Shown: in pieces, positions 61,076-64,000 of the stretch
Layout of the letters: the number at the start of each line of letters is the position of its first letter
How positions within the stretch are numbered: position 1 is the first letter of the stretch
Assembly (NCBI GenBank): GCA_027064425.1
Contig: JAMOPO010000057.1
Coordinates: forward strand, 129,352 to 193,351
Length of the DNA stretch: 64,000 nt
Source: Methanobacteriota archaeon
Lineage (GTDB): Archaea > JAADCQ01 > Methanopyri > Methanopyrales > Methanopyraceae
Direction of reading: 5' to 3'
Made by a program: the position numbers and the translations under genes
Notes under the pieces: model-generated
What the model saw: only the letters and a program-made list of their open reading frames with translations
What the model was told of the DNA's origin: nothing
Databases searched by the model: none

Positions 61076-62371
61076 ACGAAGTTCGGATTCTTCACGCTGC
61101 TAGGGTACGCCGCGCTGCTCCTGACCCTGGGGGCGATCGTCGCCAGACTGTCGGAGGAGGCCCACCTCCCCGACATCCCCTTCCTACTCCTCCTCGGATT
61201 CCTGCTGGGCCCGGTGACCGGCATCATCAAGCCCGAGCACGCCCAACAGATGTTCCCGTTCCTGGGAACGCTGGGCCTCATCGTCGTCCTCCTCGACGGC
61301 GGCTTCGAGATCAGCATCGACGTCCTACGAAAGGTGGCCACCCTCGTAGCCAAGCTCGACCTGCTCACCCTGACGATCACCGCCGGCCTCTCCTCCGTAC
61401 TGTTCAACGTCGCGTTCGGCGCGGACCCCCTCAGCCCGATCGGATTCCTCTACGGATCCATCACGTGCGCCACCGACCCAGCCACCCTCATCCCCGTGTT
61501 CTCCAAGCTGAACGTCCCGGCCGAGATCTCCACCACCCTCATCGCCGAGAGCGTGTTCAACGACCCGCTCGGCGTCGTGCTGACCAAGGTCTCAATGTCC
61601 ACGCTCGGCGTGGGCACGGCCCACAACCCGATCCTGATGTTCCTGTCACTCGCGGTGGGCGGCGCCGCCTCCGGACTGATCGCGGGCGCGGCACTGGAGC
61701 GACTGCTGGTCCGAGAACCGTTCAAAGAGTACGTCGTCCCGATCACCATCGGCGTGGCCCTCGCCACCTGGTACGCCTGCGAAGACATCGCCCCCCACCT
61801 GACCGGGTACGAGCTCAGCGGATTCATGGCCGTGGCCGTGCTGGGGATGTACGTGGGCAACCGGCTCACCCGATACGAGCACCTGAGGGACGACCTACGA
61901 TTCCTCAAGGAGTTCATGGAGGAGCTCTCCACGGTCACCCGCATCATCATCTTCACCACGCTGGGCGCCTGCGTCAGCCTCCCACTGCTGAAACAGCACT
62001 GGCTCGGAGGCCTCCTGTGCGCGCTCGGCAACATCTTCGTGGCGCGACCGATCGGAGTGCTCGCGGGCACCTACGCGCCCCCGAGGGAGAACGTGACGAT
62101 CAACGAGCGGATCTACCTCGCCCTGGAAGGACCGAGGGGCGTCGTCCCCGCGGCGCTGGCGGGCACCGTTTACACCAAGATCACCGGCCACGCCCACGCC
62201 ATCCCACCCACCATCACCCAAAAAATGCCCCCGCACACGCTCGCGGGCACCATCCTGGTCGCGACCTTCCTCACCATCCTGCTCAGCGTGGTCCTCGAGG
62301 CCACCTGGGCGAGACCACTGTCCAAACTACTCCTCGAAGAACGACCCCTCGAAGAACACCGACCCGAATGA
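61076..62371 (+). CDS. Na+/H+ antiporter, NhaP/CPA1 family (start ambiguous)
   Basis: LPDIPFLLLLG, ATDPATLIP, ESVFNDP, GPRGVVPAAL; no canonical start before TM1. Confidence 0.88.
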   Translation, partial: TKFGFFTLLGYAALLLTLGAIVARLSEEAHLPDIPFLLLLGFLLGPVTGIIKPEHAQQMFPFLGTLGLIVVLLDGGFEISIDVLRKVATLVAKLDLLTLTITAGLSSVLFNVAFGADPLSPIGFLYGSITCATDPATLIPVFSKLNVPAEISTTLIAESVFNDPLGVVLTKVSMSTLGVGTAHNPILMFLSLAVGGAASGLIAGAALERLLVREPFKEYVVPITIGVALATWYACEDIAPHLTGYELSGFMAVAVLGMYVGNRLTRYEHLRDDLRFLKEFMEELSTVTRIIIFTTLGACVSLPLLKQHWLGGLLCALGNIFVARPIGVLAGTYAPPRENVTINERIYLALEGPRGVVPAALAGTVYTKITGHAHAIPPTITQKMPPHTLAGTILVATFLTILLSVVLEATWARPLSKLLLEERPLEEHRPE

Positions 62372-62392
62372 CCACCACGCGGGGGCCGCACC

Positions 62393-62938
62393 CTGACGCC
62401 CGAAACCCCGCCGGAAACACCGACCGAAGACCACCTCAAGCGGGCACCGAAACGACTCACCCTCGCCATCATCACCATCAGCACCAGCAGGTTCGAGCAG
62501 GCCGCCCGCGGCGACGACCCCGACGACCCCTCCGGCGACACCCTGCAACGGAAGCTCGAAGAGGCCGGCCACGAGGTCCACTACCGGCTCCTGATCCCCG
62601 ACCAGCCCGACATGATCACCGGCGCCGTCAAGTGGCTCACCGAGCGCGCCCACGCCATCATCACCACCGGCGGCACCGGCATCACCCCCACCGACACGAC
62701 CATCGAGGCCCTCGAACGCATCGCCGACAAGCGCGTCCCCGGCTTCGGCGAGCTCTTCCGCCGCCACTCCGAGGAGGAGCTCGGCGCCCACGCCGCCCTC
62801 ACCCGAGCCGAGATGTACGTCGTGAACCGGACCCCCGTCGCCTGCCTACCCGGCTCACCCCACGCCGCCGAGCTCGGCGCCGAGCTCCTCCTCGAGCTAC
62901 TCCCCCACGCCGTCACCCACGCCCGAGGCAAGGCCTGA
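62393..62938 (+). CDS. moaB: Molybdenum cofactor biosynthesis protein MoaB/MogA (probable CTG start)
   Basis: AIITISTSR, DPSG, TTGGTGITPTD, PGFGELFR, LPGS. Confidence 0.88.
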   Translation: MTPETPPETPTEDHLKRAPKRLTLAIITISTSRFEQAARGDDPDDPSGDTLQRKLEEAGHEVHYRLLIPDQPDMITGAVKWLTERAHAIITTGGTGITPTDTTIEALERIADKRVPGFGELFRRHSEEELGAHAALTRAEMYVVNRTPVACLPGSPHAAELGAELLLELLPHAVTHARGKA

Positions 62939-62985
62939 GCGGCGGGCCCAGCGACGAGAAGGGCGACGGAAGGCGGGAGACCACC

Positions 62986-63429
62986 TCACCCGACGCCCTT
63001 CTTGATCTTCTTCACCACCCGCACGTCCTCAATCCTCGTGTGCGGGTACTGCCCCTCCTCGTCCTTCTCCGCGTACTTCACCATGTCCCAGAGCGTGACC
63101 AGCCCCACCACCAGCCCCGTGAGCGCGTCCATCTCCACGCCCGTCTTACCCACCGACTTCACCCGCACCGTCATCTCCGCACCGTCCTCCCTCACCTCCA
63201 CGTCCACGTCGACCCCCGTGATCCTCACCGGATGACAGTGCGGGATCAGCTCCGGCGTCCGCTTAACCGCCAGCATCGCCGCCAGCCTCGCCGCCTCGAT
63301 CGGATCGCCCTTCCCCTGCGGGTGCGACTCCCGCCTCCTCAGCGCCTCCACGCCGTCCTTCGACAGCCTCAGGAACCCGCGAGCCTCCGCGATGCGAACC
63401 TGATCCTCCTTCCCCGTCACGTCCACCAT
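62986..63429 (-). CDS. moaC: Cyclic pyranopterin monophosphate synthase
   Basis: MVDVTGK, KRTPELIPHCHP, KTGVEMDAL, WDMVK. Confidence 0.95.
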   Translation of the reverse strand: MVDVTGKEDQVRIAEARGFLRLSKDGVEALRRRESHPQGKGDPIEAARLAAMLAVKRTPELIPHCHPVRITGVDVDVEVREDGAEMTVRVKSVGKTGVEMDALTGLVVGLVTLWDMVKYAEKDEEGQYPHTRIEDVRVVKKIKKGVG

Positions 63430-63487
63430 GGACAAGCCGAACACCCCGGCCGGAGCGGGACGCCGGACCCATAACCCGCACGATCCA

Positions 63488-63510
63488 AGCGTTACGAATC
63501 TCGTAACGAT
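63488..63510. repeat. 23-bp palindrome, copy 7 (AGCGTTACGA-ATC-TCGTAACGAT)
   Basis: Downstream of the sRNA cluster. Confidence 0.85.
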
Positions 63511-63523
63511 TGGCCCGGGACGG

Positions 63524-63581
63524 TCACCCCTAAAAGGGCTCGTCATCCGACGCGGTACGCCTGCGGGACTGCGATCATCCC
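63524..63581 (-). ncRNA. Candidate degenerate C/D box sRNA
   Basis: ATGATCG, 12 nt, CGTA ... ATGACGA, 12 nt, GTGA. Confidence 0.45.
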
Positions 63582-63612
63582 GGACCGGTTCGGGGCCCGT
63601 TCGGCCCCCAGC

Positions 63613-63669
63613 TCAGTCGGAGGAAAAGTCATCACCCGTGGCGCTTTCAGCAGGGGAGTGATTCATCAC
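63613..63669 (-). ncRNA. C/D box sRNA with canonical boxes
   Basis: GTGATGA-ATCACTCCCCTG-CTGA ... GTGATGA-CTTTTCCTCCGA-CTGA. Confidence 0.9.
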
Positions 63670-63679
63670 GGACCGCGAA

Positions 63680-63702
63680 TTTGTTACGGAACTCGTAACG
63701 AT
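63680..63702. repeat. 23-bp palindrome, copy 8 (TTTGTTACGG-AAC-TCGTAACGAT)
   Basis: Just past the 16S 3' trailer hairpin. Confidence 0.85.
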
Positions 63703-63787
63703 ATCGGGCAGGCGGAGGGGGTCATCGCCCCCCGCGCAAGCCCGCCCCCCGGGGCTTTCGTTGCCCCGCCGCATCATCCCCTCCGCT

Positions 63788-64000
<213 letters not shown>

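Noticed and set aside
13699-63702. Palindrome copies read as CRISPR repeats or IS ends
   Set aside because: They are dispersed singly with no regular spacers, cas genes, transposase or target duplications.

Overview
High-GC archaeal chromosome segment, most likely from a Methanopyrus-type hyperthermophilic methanogen. Support for this: mer, cpgS, acidic proteins, two tRNA genes with genomic C8, and unlinked 5S and 16S rRNA genes. It is mostly a dense housekeeping region of about 60 CDS (carA, purL, tfe, hisE, nucS, trpF, top6A, rio1, eif1a, tyrS, mer, pyrC, ilvB, thrS, guaAA, moaB/C). It also holds tRNA-Ala, tRNA-Arg, 5S rRNA, the 3' end of 16S rRNA and up to five C/D box sRNAs. Most notable: (1) a 23-bp palindrome ATCGTTACGA-N3-TCGTAACGAT in 8 copies, all just downstream of 3' ends; (2) an atypical CooS next to an FrhAGB-like unit whose large subunit has lost NiFe active-site residues; (3) four conserved genes that appear to start at ACG or CTG; (4) a secreted CobN-like protein beside surface proteins with a shared C-terminal anchor; (5) a divergent histone. 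No CRISPR array or transposase was seen. Family calls come from motif recognition, not database searches.
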